Source of the DNA: an uncultured Clostridia bacterium
Lineage (GTDB): Bacteria; Bacillota; Clostridia; TANB77; CAG-508
Length of the DNA: 64,000 nucleotides
Direction: 5' to 3'
Assembly: GCA_963558395.1 (NCBI GenBank)
Contig: CAUWGE010000002.1
Location: forward strand, 899 to 64,898
Shown: positions 29,248 through 39,813 of the stretch, in pieces
Layout of the letters: each line of letters opens with the position of its first letter
How positions within the stretch are numbered: the stretch's first letter is position 1
Translations under genes and position numbers: made by a program
Notes under the pieces: model-generated
Databases searched by the model: none
What the model was told of the DNA's origin: nothing
Seen by the model: the letters and a program-made list of their open reading frames with translations, nothing else

Positions 29248-30783
29248 ATGTTATCAATAATAAAAAGTATGGCACTACTTGGACTAAATGGATATCTTGT
29301 AGATATCCAAATAGATGTGTCACAAGGCCTTCCGTACTTTGGCATTGTTGGGCTTCCAGACACAAGTGTAAAGGAGGCAAAAGAAAGAGTAAAAGCAGCT
29401 ATAAAAAATTCAGGTTATGAAATTTTAAATAGAAAAATTATAGTAAATTTAGCACCAGCAGATAGAAAGAAGGAAGGTTCATTATTCGATTTGCCAATTG
29501 CAGTAGGAATACTTGCCTGTAATAAAATTGTAGAATATAGAATGTTAAAAGATACAATTATTATAGGAGAACTTTCTTTAGATGGAAGAATAAACAAAAT
29601 AAATGGAGCATTGCCAATATGTATAGAGGCTAGAAAACTAAATGCCAAAAGAATAATTTTACCAGTAGAAAATGCTAAAGAAGCATCAGTTGTTCAGGGA
29701 ATAAAAGTGATAGGTGTAAAGACACTAAAAGAGGCAATAAAATACTTGAGAAATGAAATAATAATAGAAGAAAATAAAAACAATATAGAAGAACTCCTTA
29801 AAGTGAAAAATAATTATGCACTTGACTTTTCAGAAGTAAAAGGACAAGAAAATATAAAAAGAGCAATAGAAATTGCAGCGGCAGGAGGGCATAATTTGCT
29901 TATGATAGGTAGTGCACGGAAGTGGAAAAACAATGCTTGCTAAAAGAATACCTACAATACTTCCTAAAATGACAGTAGAAGAAGCTTTAGAAACAACAAA
30001 AATTCACAGTATAGCAGGAAACATTCAGAAAAATGAATCAATAATGATAGAAAGACCATTTAGGGCGCCACACCATACAATATCTACAACAGCATTAATA
30101 GGAGGAGGAAATATTCCTAAACCGGGAGAGATAAGCTTAGCACATAATGGAGTGTTATTTTTAGATGAACTTCCAGAGTTTAATAGAAATTCTCTAGAGG
30201 TATTAAGAGGACCACTAGAGGATAAAAATGTTACAATAAGTAGACTATATGCAAGTCTAACATATCCATGTAATTTTATGTTAGTTGCATCCATGAATCC
30301 ATGTCCATGCGGATTTTACGGCTGTGAAGATAAGAAGTGCACATGTTCTAAAACAGATATAAATAATTATATGGGAAGAATAAGTGGACCATTGCTTGAT
30401 AGAATAGATATTCAAATTGAAGTAGGACATCTAAAATATGATGAGCTAAACAGTATAAGAAATATAGAAAATTCAGAAACTATACGGAATAAGGGTTAAC
30501 AAAGCAAGAACACTACAACAAGAAAGGTACAAAGATGAAAATCTTTATTCTAATTCTCAGTTAACACCAAAGCTTATAGAAAAATATTGTAAGATAGAAG
30601 GGAAAGCTAAGGAGATTTTAGAAATAGCATTTTCTAAATTAGGTCTTTCTGCTAGAGCATATAATAAAATCCTAAAAGTAGCAAGAACAATAGCTGACTT
30701 AGAACAAGAGAATAATATTAAAGAAAAGCATATAGCAGAGGCAATTCAATATAGAAGTTTAGATAAAAAATACTGGAATCATT
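29248..30783 (+). pseudogene. comM: YifB/ComM family Mg-chelatase-like ATPase split by two frameshifts
   Basis: ChlI_N-like N-terminus. The Walker A is disrupted (…[12 protein letters not shown] in one frame and [10 protein letters not shown] in another, near 29925). A second shift near 30485 leaves the conserved C-terminus (…[13 protein letters not shown]…AEAIQYRSLD) as an unlisted third piece. Confidence 0.7.
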
Positions 30784-30793
30784 AAAAAAGAAG

Positions 30794-31174
30794 ATGGAGG
30801 TAAATAGTATAGGAATAGGAAATGATATAGGCAAAAAAGGTGAAAAGCTTGCCAAAGAATATTTAGAACAAAATAACTATAAAATTCTAACAACAAACTT
30901 TTATTGCAGACAAGGAGAAATCGATATAATTGCTAAGAAAGAAGACACAGTAATTTTTGTAGAGGTTAAAACTAGGTCGAACAATGCATATGGAAAACCA
31001 GCAGAGGCTATAACGAAAAAGAAGAAGATAAGAATGTTAAAAGCCATTAATTATTACCTATATAAATATGATGTAAGAGAATATGTTCGCATAGATGCAA
31101 TAGAAGTTAGCTTTAAGGAAAATAAATGGAATATTAATCATATAAAAAATGCTATATGGGAAGATGAAATTTAG
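30794..31174 (+). CDS. YraN family (UPF0102) endonuclease-like protein
   Basis: GEKLAKEYLEQNNYKIL...GEIDIIAKKEDTVIFVEVKTR matches the YraN pattern. It typically follows comM/yifB. Confidence 0.7.
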   Translation: MEVNSIGIGNDIGKKGEKLAKEYLEQNNYKILTTNFYCRQGEIDIIAKKEDTVIFVEVKTRSNNAYGKPAEAITKKKKIRMLKAINYYLYKYDVREYVRIDAIEVSFKENKWNINHIKNAIWEDEI

Positions 31175-31241
31175 AGAAAATAAGTATTGCAAAATTAAAA
31201 AGATACATATATAATGTATAAAAACCATATAGGGGGAATAT

Positions 31242-32657
31242 ATGATGAAGAAAAATGAAACAAATTCTACACCAGAAAACGAAGCTTTGCAAAAAGAAAA
31301 AACTGTAAAAACAAAAGAAACTAAGCCAACAAAAAAAGAAAAATCTAAAGAACCAAGAGAAAAAAAGAGCAAAGCAAGTGGTAGCTATGTAACAGGAATT
31401 ATAGGAGCAATAGTAGGAGGAATTATTGCAACAATTCCATGGGTTTTAATGTATGTATATGGTAATATGATGTTATCAGCACTAGCAATCCTTATAGCAG
31501 CAGGAGAATTGCTTGGATACAAGCTTTTAAAAGGCAAAATGACAAAGGCTGTGCCAATTATAATTATGGCAATAGCAATTGTAATCGTATCAGTAACTAC
31601 ACTATTAGTAATACCAAGCGTGCTATTATATAATGAAGGAGTTGTAGTAAGTGTAAATACCTTAAAAGTACTATATGCAGATAGTGAGTTTACAGGAGCT
31701 ATAACACAAGATTTCATATTAGCAGTTGTATTTACTATATTAGGAGCAAGTGTTATTACAGCAAATATTAAAAAGCAAATTGCAGAAGGAACAGCAGGCA
31801 GATTAGAGGATTTTAGTAAAGAAGAGCTAGAAGAAAAAAAGAATTTAGCAATTCAAAAAATAAAACCAATATTTGAAAAGTTTAATGCAACAACAAAAGA
31901 ACATGGAATTTCAAAACAAGAACTATTTGCGGAATTTGAAGAGTCTGAAGAACTAAAGGCTAGCTTTAATTTTCTAAAGTCAATTAAAATAATAAACAAA
32001 GAAAAAGGAAAATATTACTTTTCAGAAGAAGTAGCTGAAAAACCGATTGAAATAAAGAAAAGCAAGAAAACGCATATAATAATAGCTTGTGCATTAGTAA
32101 TAATAATAGCTTTAGGTGTTGGAATAGGGATAGCCACAAATAAAGGTTTACTAGGAAATAATGAAGTTATAACAGATGGAATGTTGAGCTTTGAAATAAA
32201 TAAAAGCTGGACTGCATATAGCAATTATTATAATAGTGGATGGAGCTATTATAAATTCATAAACTCAGTTCCATTAGCAGATGATGCTAATGTTAATGAA
32301 ATAGCGTATGATGAATATCCAGCATACTTAAATGTTAGTTATTATGAAATTACAGCTGAAGATATTTCATCAATTGAAGATGTACAAAAGAATATGAAAG
32401 AATATGCAGAAAGTATGGAAGAACCACCAGCAGAGTATAAAGATGAAATAGTAAAAACATCAAAAGGTTATGATATGCTAAAAATAAGAACAGTATTTAA
32501 AGGAGACTATGATTGTGTAGAATATGCATATTATATTTTAAATGGAAAAAATTTAGCAACAGTAGATACATATTCATTTAACATGAAAGATGATGAATCA
32601 ATACAAAAAACAGCAGAAGAAATAGCAAATACACTTGAATGGAAAGAAGCGGAATAA
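31242..32657 (+). CDS. hypothetical polytopic membrane protein with a K/E-rich N-terminus
   Basis: 471 aa with several TM helices and a C-terminal soluble domain. RBS GGGGG. Confidence 0.45.
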   Translation: MMKKNETNSTPENEALQKEKTVKTKETKPTKKEKSKEPREKKSKASGSYVTGIIGAIVGGIIATIPWVLMYVYGNMMLSALAILIAAGELLGYKLLKGKMTKAVPIIIMAIAIVIVSVTTLLVIPSVLLYNEGVVVSVNTLKVLYADSEFTGAITQDFILAVVFTILGASVITANIKKQIAEGTAGRLEDFSKEELEEKKNLAIQKIKPIFEKFNATTKEHGISKQELFAEFEESEELKASFNFLKSIKIINKEKGKYYFSEEVAEKPIEIKKSKKTHIIIACALVIIIALGVGIGIATNKGLLGNNEVITDGMLSFEINKSWTAYSNYYNSGWSYYKFINSVPLADDANVNEIAYDEYPAYLNVSYYEITAEDISSIEDVQKNMKEYAESMEEPPAEYKDEIVKTSKGYDMLKIRTVFKGDYDCVEYAYYILNGKNLATVDTYSFNMKDDESIQKTAEEIANTLEWKEAE

Positions 32658-32707
32658 GTAATAATAATAAATATGAAAAGGCATAAGAATATATAAAGTA
32701 AAATCTA

Positions 32708-32740
32708 ATAAACAGGTGGCAATATTGTCACCTGTTTATA
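32708..32740 (+). terminator. rho-independent terminator
   Basis: AAACAGGTG-gcaatattgt-CACCTGTTTATAT. Confidence 0.55.
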
Positions 32741-32823
32741 TATAAAGCAAAGAGGAGATAATTTATAAAAAATACATAGTAATGAGATGTATGAGGTTTT
32801 TTGTAAATATTTCAATACAACTA

Positions 32824-32853
32824 TTGACATTTGTACCAATTTTGTGGTATCAT
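32824..32853 (+). promoter_or_regulatory. promoter of the tRNA-Arg/tRNA-Pro operon (TTGACA-18-TATCAT with TG)
   Basis: TTGACA at 32824-32829, an 18-nt spacer, then tgGTATCAT. About 25 nt upstream of the first tRNA. Confidence 0.5.
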
Positions 32854-32881
32854 AATTTATGTCGTAAGAATTATAATATTT

Positions 32882-32958
32882 GGGTCAGTAGCTCAGTTGG
32901 ATAGAGCATCGGCCTTCTAAGCCGAGGGTCGGGGGTTCGAATCCCTCCTGGCTCACCA
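32882..32958 (+). tRNA. tRNA-Arg (anticodon TCT)
   Basis: GGGTCAGTAGCTCAGTTGGATAGAGCA…; anticodon loop CTTCTAA; T-loop GGTTCGAATCC; CCA end. Confidence 0.8.
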
Positions 32959-32986
32959 TATTTTATTATAGTCTTATGTACATTAT

Positions 32987-33062
32987 CGAGGTGTAGCGCA
33001 GTTGGTAGCGCGCGTGGTTTGGGACCATGAGGTCGCAGGTTCGATCCCTGTCACCTCGACCA
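32987..33062 (+). tRNA. tRNA-Pro (anticodon TGG); its 3' end is the integration site of the downstream element
   Basis: CGAGGTGTAGCGCAGTTGGTAGCGC…; anticodon loop TTTGGGA; T-loop GGTTCGATCC; acceptor CACCTCG-A-CCA. Confidence 0.85.
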
Positions 33063-33075
33063 CTTTTTTGCCCTT

Positions 33076-33260
33076 TTTCAAGGGAATTTAAGAGAATTTG
33101 AAGAAATTCAAAAGTTATAAATTATGCTATTTTTCAATAAAAATGAAGAATAGCATAATTTTTTAAAGTTCAGAAAAATGCTATAAAATTTGCTTATTTT
33201 CTTCAAGAAAAAGTTTCAAGAAAATTTTTATAATTTTTCAAGAAAGTTTCAAGGAAAAAT
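33076..33260. repeat. array of GTTTCAAG(A/G)AAA direct repeats plus an 11-bp inverted repeat upstream of repA (iteron or arm-site-like)
   Basis: TTTCAAGGGAA (33076), GTTTCAAGAAAA (33213), GTTTCAAGGAAA (33247), ATTATGCTATT…AATAGCATAAT (33121-33161). The 15-mer AAGTTTCAAGGAAAA recurs at 42867-42881. Confidence 0.55.
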
Positions 33261-33310
33261 ATCAAGTTGTTTTAAAGTTCTTCAGATAAATAGAAAGGAG
33301 AACTTTTTTT

Positions 33311-34216
33311 ATGGAATTTAAACCTTATAAAGATAATGAATATTTAGAAAATTCATATTATAAAATACCACAAGAACTATTTGTAAGTTCTTTATATAAA
33401 GATAAAATAAATTCAGATAGTAAAATACTATATGCTTTTTTACTAGACAGATTATCACTATCTCAAAAAAATCACTGGATAGATGAAGAAAGAAATATAT
33501 ATTTAATTTTTACAAGAGAAGAAGTACAAGAAAAATTGAATTTATCTGACAAGACTGCAACAAAAGCATTCAAACAGTTAGGTGATGTAGGACTTGTACA
33601 AGAGAAAAGACAAGGATTAGGAAGGCCTAATTTAATATATGTTGGAAAAATACAACATGAAGAAACGGAAAATTTACGTTTCTTGATTCGTAAAAATTAC
33701 GATTCTGGAAACGAAGATATTACGAATCTTGAATCGGAGAATTTACGAGGAATCGATACTAATAATATCAAAACTAATATAATCAATACTGATTCTATCA
33801 ATCCTAATAGCGATGATGAACTTCATTTAAAAGAAATAAAAGATAAATGCAAACTAGATGAATTTCCTCAAGAAGAAAAAACTATCTTAGAAGATGTTAT
33901 TGATAGCCTATATTATAAAGATAATTTGAAAGTTGGGAGTGTAACAGTTAATCACTACAAAATATTAGATAAATTAAAACTTATTGTTAAAGAAAATTTA
34001 ATACAGTTATTAGATATATTAAAAAATATACCTAATATACAAAATGCTAAAAATTATTTGATGATTTGCTTATATAATAATTTAGGAAATACACATATTA
34101 CTATCCCAAAGAAAAAAGAGAATACTACTTCATATAATGGAAGGGACTATGAAAATGGCTCACTTGATTTTCTATATGCTAACTTTGCTTATGATAACGA
34201 AGCAGTAACTTCGTAG
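33311..34216 (+). CDS. replication initiator protein A (RepA_N family)
   Basis: The N-terminal YYKIPQELF…SDSKILYAFLLDRLSLSQKN…RPNLIYVGK is typical of Firmicutes RepA_N initiators. Confidence 0.8.
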   Translation: MEFKPYKDNEYLENSYYKIPQELFVSSLYKDKINSDSKILYAFLLDRLSLSQKNHWIDEERNIYLIFTREEVQEKLNLSDKTATKAFKQLGDVGLVQEKRQGLGRPNLIYVGKIQHEETENLRFLIRKNYDSGNEDITNLESENLRGIDTNNIKTNIINTDSINPNSDDELHLKEIKDKCKLDEFPQEEKTILEDVIDSLYYKDNLKVGSVTVNHYKILDKLKLIVKENLIQLLDILKNIPNIQNAKNYLMICLYNNLGNTHITIPKKKENTTSYNGRDYENGSLDFLYANFAYDNEAVTS

Positions 34217-34420
34217 GCATAGCTTTGATATGAAATTGCCAGCCATACTTATATGGGCAATTTCACTATAAATTATAATGACAAGTTCATTATAATTTAT
34301 AGCCTAAAAATGTTAAGGCATTTTTAGGAAAGCCTCGCAGAGCACACAGATAAGTTTGAAAAACTTGTCTAGTGTGTTAGACAAATAAATTTGTTTCGAG
34401 CAAGAAAGGACTTCGGAGCA

Positions 34421-35644
34421 ATGAGTTATGCAATAGTAAGAAATGAAAAATTAACAAGGAGCCAAGCTAATGGAATATGTGTTCATAATGATAGAAAAGC
34501 AAAAAATCATTCAAATAAGGAAATAGATATTAGCAAATCAAACTTAAATTATTACTTCAAGCAAAATGAATTAAGTTACACAAAAGAATTTGACAAACTA
34601 AAGAAGAAATACAATTTACAAGGACAAATAAGAAGCAACAGCATAATAATGTGCGAAATGATATTTACATCAGATAAAGAATTCTTTGATACAATTGGAA
34701 TGGAAGAAACTAAAAGATATTTTGAAGAAAGTTACAAGTTTATTTGTAATTATAAAAATCTCGGAGAGAAAAATATAATATCAGCTGTAGTTCATTTTGA
34801 TGAAACAACTCCACATATGCATTTGATTTATATTCCAGTAATCCAAACAAAAGATAAAGATGGACATGAAATTGATAAAGTATGTTGTAGGGATTTTTGG
34901 AAAGGTAGAGATAGTTATAGAAATTTGCAAAATGCTTTTCACGAATATATAACTGGCAAAGGATTTGACTTGCAAAGAGGATTACCTGCAGAAGAAACTA
35001 AAAGAAAAAATGAAACAATTCAAAATTATAAACAAATAACTAATTTTGAAAATACAAAAAGGGTTTTAGAAAATATAACATTAGAATTACCTAAAACGCC
35101 TAATATTAAAGAGTTTAAAAGAGCTATATTTAATCGTGATGAAAAAATAGAAAATGCAATAATAAAACCTAGAGATGAACTAATCCAAAAGCTTTATCAA
35201 GAAAACAAGACATTGCATAAAGAATTATCAAGACAAGTAAATACAGTAGATTTTGCAGAAAATTTCAAGGAAGATTATATAAAAATGACAGAAAAGAACA
35301 TAAATTTAAGGCTCTCAAATAGTTTGCTTAAAGAAGAATTGGAAAATAAAGAAAAAGAACTGGAATTAAAGTATGAAAGTAAAGCCTATAATATGGAACA
35401 TGAATATAAAAAAGAAATCCATAAATTAAAGCAGAAAAATAAGAACTTAAATAAAATGATTGATAAATTTAAAGTGACTTTAAAAAGATTTATTAAATGG
35501 CTTTGCCATAAGTTTTCATATCCGTCTGAGGATGAACTTGTACGAGATTTTGAGAAAGAAACATATAATAACTTTAATTTTGAAAAACAACTCGATATAA
35601 ATGAATTTAAGGAGAAAGAAAACGATTTTGATAGAGAATATTGA
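34421..35644 (+). CDS. MobV/Pre family relaxase (plasmid recombination/mobilization protein)
   Basis: MSYAIVRNEKLTRSQANGICVHNDRK…SNKEIDISKSNLNYYF matches the Mob_Pre N-terminal relaxase motifs. Coiled-coil C-terminus. Confidence 0.8.
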   Translation: MSYAIVRNEKLTRSQANGICVHNDRKAKNHSNKEIDISKSNLNYYFKQNELSYTKEFDKLKKKYNLQGQIRSNSIIMCEMIFTSDKEFFDTIGMEETKRYFEESYKFICNYKNLGEKNIISAVVHFDETTPHMHLIYIPVIQTKDKDGHEIDKVCCRDFWKGRDSYRNLQNAFHEYITGKGFDLQRGLPAEETKRKNETIQNYKQITNFENTKRVLENITLELPKTPNIKEFKRAIFNRDEKIENAIIKPRDELIQKLYQENKTLHKELSRQVNTVDFAENFKEDYIKMTEKNINLRLSNSLLKEELENKEKELELKYESKAYNMEHEYKKEIHKLKQKNKNLNKMIDKFKVTLKRFIKWLCHKFSYPSEDELVRDFEKETYNNFNFEKQLDINEFKEKENDFDREY

Positions 35645-35698
35645 AGAGAGCAAATTTATGAACTGCTCTCTTTAATGCACTTTGCAATTTATGAACAA

Positions 35699-37432
35699 TT
35701 ATATACTTATTGAAAATTCTTCATTTTCATATAACATTTTGTATTCACAACTTGTACTAATTAATTCTTTATGAGTACCATTAGCAATGATTTTATGATT
35801 ATGTAATAAATATATATTATCTGAATCAACAATTGTACTTAATCTATGAGCTACTATAACAACAGTATGATCTTTAGATAATTCCTTTATAACATTTTTA
35901 ATTCTTTCTTGGTTGTTGTTATCTAAGCTACTCGTAGCTTCATCTAATAATATAATTTTTGATTTTCTAATCAAAGCTCTAGCAATAGCTATTCTTTGTT
36001 TTTGACCACCACTTAATATAACACCATTTTCTCCAACTAAAGTATTATACGCATCTTTCATTGCCATTATATCATCATGTATTTGAGATTTTTTACATAC
36101 TTCAATTATTTCTTCATCAGTTGCTTCTGGTTTTGCTAGTTTAATATTTTCTTTAATTGACAAATTAAAGATATATGGAGATTGAGAAACAATAGAAATA
36201 TTATTTCTAATTGTGTTTTCAGATAATTCATTAATATCAGTATCATCTATTAAAATTTTACCACTATTTAATTTATAATTTTTTCCTATTAGTTTTAATA
36301 TTGTTGATTTACCTTCTCCACTTTTTCCAACAAATGCTACCATAGTATTAGGTTTTATTTCAAAACTTAAATCTTTAAATAATTCTTTATTATTATATTG
36401 AAAATTTACATCTTGAAATTTTATTTTACCTATTATATCTGTTAACTGGGTATCACCATATGAGTCTTTGGTAAATGTATTATAATCGATAATATCAAAA
36501 ACTCTTATTGCAGATACTTTTCCATCAGCAAATTTCTCTCTTATTTCTGATATATAATCTATTAAATTTAATACTTTATTCTTATATAAAAATATTATCA
36601 AGAAAGAGCTGATTTGTAGTGTATTATTTGTTATAAAATAAATAGAAAGAATTATAAATATAAAATCTAATATATGTTGAAAAGTTTTAATATATCTATT
36701 CCAAGTTCTTCTTGTATGAGTCTTTTTTATATCATAACTTATTACATCTTTTTGTTTAATATTTATTCTATCTAATAAGGTATCTTTTAAATTTAAATTT
36801 TGAACTTCTCTAATTCCTCTTATTACATCTGTGTATATACCTACTATTTCTTCATCTTTTTGTTTATACTTGGCTTTTACATTTTTATAGTAAAATAATT
36901 TTTTAGAAGTCAATATATATACTAATATAATATTTAATATCAAAAACAATCCAAGATATTTATTAAGATATAATACATATATAATAAAGCTTAAATTTAG
37001 AATAATCCCTGATAAATCATCTGTTATATAATCAAATAATTCAGATAATTCAGATGTATCTTTATTTAATCTTGAGATAAATATACCTGAATTAGTATTA
37101 TCATAATTTTTTAACTCAAAATTAGTTAAGCTTTGTATCATATCGTGTTTTAAATCAAAATTCACTTTTCCGTTGAGTTTTAAAACTGCTCTTGACCATA
37201 GATTAGTAACTATTTCTATTACAATTCGCAATATCATAAGGAAAAGTGCAATTTTTAATATATTAGATTTATCAAAATTTTCAAAATATCCTAACATCTT
37301 TCCTTCGTAAATAGGCGAAAGTAATGATATTCCAGCATATCCTAAACTTAATATAATAACTATAATACATAGAAATTTGTATTTTTTATAATATTTAATT
37401 AATTTTATTAAACTTTTCGTGTCTTTTTTCAT
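35699..37432 (-). CDS. ABC exporter, fused six-TM permease and ATPase (no peptidase domain)
   Basis: N-terminal TM domain. Walker A GKSGEGKST, signature LSGGQKQRIAIARAL, Walker B ILLDEATSSLD. Confidence 0.85.
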   Translation of the reverse strand: MKKDTKSLIKLIKYYKKYKFLCIIVIILSLGYAGISLLSPIYEGKMLGYFENFDKSNILKIALFLMILRIVIEIVTNLWSRAVLKLNGKVNFDLKHDMIQSLTNFELKNYDNTNSGIFISRLNKDTSELSELFDYITDDLSGIILNLSFIIYVLYLNKYLGLFLILNIILVYILTSKKLFYYKNVKAKYKQKDEEIVGIYTDVIRGIREVQNLNLKDTLLDRINIKQKDVISYDIKKTHTRRTWNRYIKTFQHILDFIFIILSIYFITNNTLQISSFLIIFLYKNKVLNLIDYISEIREKFADGKVSAIRVFDIIDYNTFTKDSYGDTQLTDIIGKIKFQDVNFQYNNKELFKDLSFEIKPNTMVAFVGKSGEGKSTILKLIGKNYKLNSGKILIDDTDINELSENTIRNNISIVSQSPYIFNLSIKENIKLAKPEATDEEIIEVCKKSQIHDDIMAMKDAYNTLVGENGVILSGGQKQRIAIARALIRKSKIILLDEATSSLDNNNQERIKNVIKELSKDHTVVIVAHRLSTIVDSDNIYLLHNHKIIANGTHKELISTSCEYKMLYENEEFSISI

Positions 37433-37437
37433 TCCTG

Positions 37438-37944
37438 TTATTCCTTTATTAAATTCATTTTAATTAATGCATCTTCTAAACATTCATTTTTATCAATAAA
37501 TATAATATTTTTTATATTGTATTCTCTTATTCTAGGATACCATAAATTAACTTTATCTTTTATTGCTTGAGCCCATTCTTCGGTATTTCCTCTATCTATA
37601 CATCTTTGTTTTAAAACATCTCCAGAATCTAATTTAGGATAAGCTAAATAGAAACTAATATTATTTTTATTAAAATATTCTAATAACTTCCAATGCATAG
37701 ATGTTAAAACTATATCATATTTTTTTCTAGCCTCTAAAATAGCTTTAATATAGTTTTCAGGAAATTTATCATTTGGTATTCTTTCTTTTTTCCCTTTGTT
37801 AGTCTCTATTTCTTCAAGCGTCATTTTATTTTTATACTTCCATTGATATAAACTTGACTCTAAATCTATTATATTATCATATTTTTGTGCTAATGTTGTT
37901 TTTCCTAATGCTGTAAATCCTGCTATAATAATTCCTTGTTTCAT
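37438..37944 (-). CDS. small P-loop NTPase/kinase-like protein
   Basis: Walker A IIIAGFTALGKTTLA near the N-terminus. 168 aa. Stop lies 5 bp before the ABC exporter start. Confidence 0.5.
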   Translation of the reverse strand: MKQGIIIAGFTALGKTTLAQKYDNIIDLESSLYQWKYKNKMTLEEIETNKGKKERIPNDKFPENYIKAILEARKKYDIVLTSMHWKLLEYFNKNNISFYLAYPKLDSGDVLKQRCIDRGNTEEWAQAIKDKVNLWYPRIREYNIKNIIFIDKNECLEDALIKMNLIKE

Positions 37945-38046
37945 AAATACTCCCTTTTTTACAAATTTTAGTCGATACCTTTATTTTTTTTGATTTTCGT
38001 TTAAACTATCTGGTAATTTATCTATAATCAAGTTACAGTCAAGTTA

Positions 38047-38123
38047 AAATTATCCGGAAAATTATCCGATACTTTTTGAAAATTATCCGATACTTTATCC
38101 GGTACTTCCGGATAAAGTATCGG
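38047..38123. promoter_or_regulatory. three AATTATCCG(A/G) direct repeats and a 16-bp perfect inverted repeat (putative operator)
   Basis: aattatccggaaa, aattatccgatacttttt, aattatccgatactttatccgg. CCGATACTTTATCCGG-tactt-CCGGATAAAGTATCGG at 38087-38123. Confidence 0.5.
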
Positions 38124-38132
38124 AACAAATAA

Positions 38133-39791
38133 CTATTTTTTTGCCCATACTGGATAACGAGTTGTTCCAATATTCTTTATTTTTTCTTGTTTCTTCTGTA
38201 AGCAAACATTCACAAGATACTTTATTTTTGTTTTCTTTTGCTCTTTGTTTAGATGGTCAGGCAATTTGCTTATCAATAATTCATCTAAATCTTTCTTTGT
38301 AATACTTCCAAAGTCATTTATATATTTCAAAACTAAATCTTTATAATATTGATCATTGAATCCGGATTTTTTAGTATAGGAAACTTTATCATCAACAATT
38401 TCAGAGATTTGTTTAGAAACATATATATTAGGATATCTTCCTTCAATTAAATTGTCTTTACGAAGAATATCGGATTGCTCTTTAGATATTGGGATATTTT
38501 TTTGTACTCTATCTAAAAGCATAACTTCTTGTAGGCTTAAATCAGTTTTTTCAAATAATACTTGAGAGTATTTTTCATCTAGAATTTTACCATATATAGT
38601 TACTTTTACTCTATCTTTTTCACTTAAGTCATAATCTGGCATAGGGAAGAATCTTTCTCTTAACTTTTCAAAACTTCTTCTTATTCCCATACCTGCGGTA
38701 TCAATCATATTTAAATTAACCATTGCTTGTGCTAAAAATTGATTTCTATAATATGGTGGAACATAACCCTCATTTATAATTAAAGTATCGACTGATTGAG
38801 GTATAAATCTCCCTTCATTCAATATCATTAATTTATCTCTCATTTCGATAATGTTTACTCTTCCACCTTTTCTATAGTCTTGATGTGCAATGGCATTATT
38901 TAATAACTCACGAAGAATATTTATATCATATTTATCTACTTCATTTGGAAAAAGTGTTGTTTGACTTGGCATATATCTATATCTCAAATTTCTGATTTTT
39001 TCACTAGCTTTATCCATTGTAATAATAAATGGAATTGTAAAATGTTCATAGTCAATAATATCCGTACCTTCTTGTAATTTCCAAGTTATATAAGGAATAT
39101 AATTATCAACATATGTATTTGTATCTTCACTTCCTAATAATAGCCATGCAGCACGAGTTACTTTACCATTTAACAAAACTTTTGCTTTATTTAAAAAGGT
39201 AATATCATCCATTTTATCAATTTCATCTGCAATTTCTTTATTTTCATTTTTCTTTTTAAATTGTTCTCTAGCTTTTAATATAGCATTTTTATCTAAATCA
39301 TCAACTGTTAAGTCACTAATAATTTGTCTTGTCCAATCAACATTTACTGTAGATAATATTGTATCTCTTTTTACATCATTTAAAGGAATTAGTGACTCAT
39401 CATTTCTATCGTAAGCAATGTTTTTCCAAGTAGTTGGTACTCCAATTGCTGCAGGAATTTTAAACATTATAACTCTATTACTATCAATTTCAAATTCATA
39501 TATATCCATAAATGTCATATTATCATTAGTTGATTGAGTTATTTCTTTTTTCAAGCTGTTTAAATTAGCACCTTTTCTATAATTAGTATTTACAAATTCA
39601 TGAGTTTTATCACTTACTCCAAATACAAGCCAAGCATATTGTTTTCCTACTAAATTAGCACCATTACTTAATGCAGAAAAATATCTTCCAAGTTCATTAA
39701 AATCAAAATTATTTTTAGCTTCCTTATATTCAACATATTCTTTTTCGTTTTCTTTAATTAAAGAAAGTAATATATTTTTTATTTCTTCCAT
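38133..39791 (-). CDS. Schlafen/AlbA_2-like putative DNA-binding domain protein with a C-terminal HATPase_c_4/RecG-wHTH-like region (annotated family 'ATP-dependent DNA helicase RecG domain protein')
   Basis: The N-terminus EYVEYKEAKNNFDFNELGRYFSALSNGANLVGKQYAWLVFGVSDK fits the AlbA_2 pattern. 552 aa. Second gene of a two-gene minus-strand operon. Confidence 0.5.
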   Translation of the reverse strand: MEEIKNILLSLIKENEKEYVEYKEAKNNFDFNELGRYFSALSNGANLVGKQYAWLVFGVSDKTHEFVNTNYRKGANLNSLKKEITQSTNDNMTFMDIYEFEIDSNRVIMFKIPAAIGVPTTWKNIAYDRNDESLIPLNDVKRDTILSTVNVDWTRQIISDLTVDDLDKNAILKAREQFKKKNENKEIADEIDKMDDITFLNKAKVLLNGKVTRAAWLLLGSEDTNTYVDNYIPYITWKLQEGTDIIDYEHFTIPFIITMDKASEKIRNLRYRYMPSQTTLFPNEVDKYDINILRELLNNAIAHQDYRKGGRVNIIEMRDKLMILNEGRFIPQSVDTLIINEGYVPPYYRNQFLAQAMVNLNMIDTAGMGIRRSFEKLRERFFPMPDYDLSEKDRVKVTIYGKILDEKYSQVLFEKTDLSLQEVMLLDRVQKNIPISKEQSDILRKDNLIEGRYPNIYVSKQISEIVDDKVSYTKKSGFNDQYYKDLVLKYINDFGSITKKDLDELLISKLPDHLNKEQKKTKIKYLVNVCLQKKQEKIKNIGTTRYPVWAKK

Positions 39792-39813
39792 TTAGAATCC
39801 CTCCAATTCAGTA

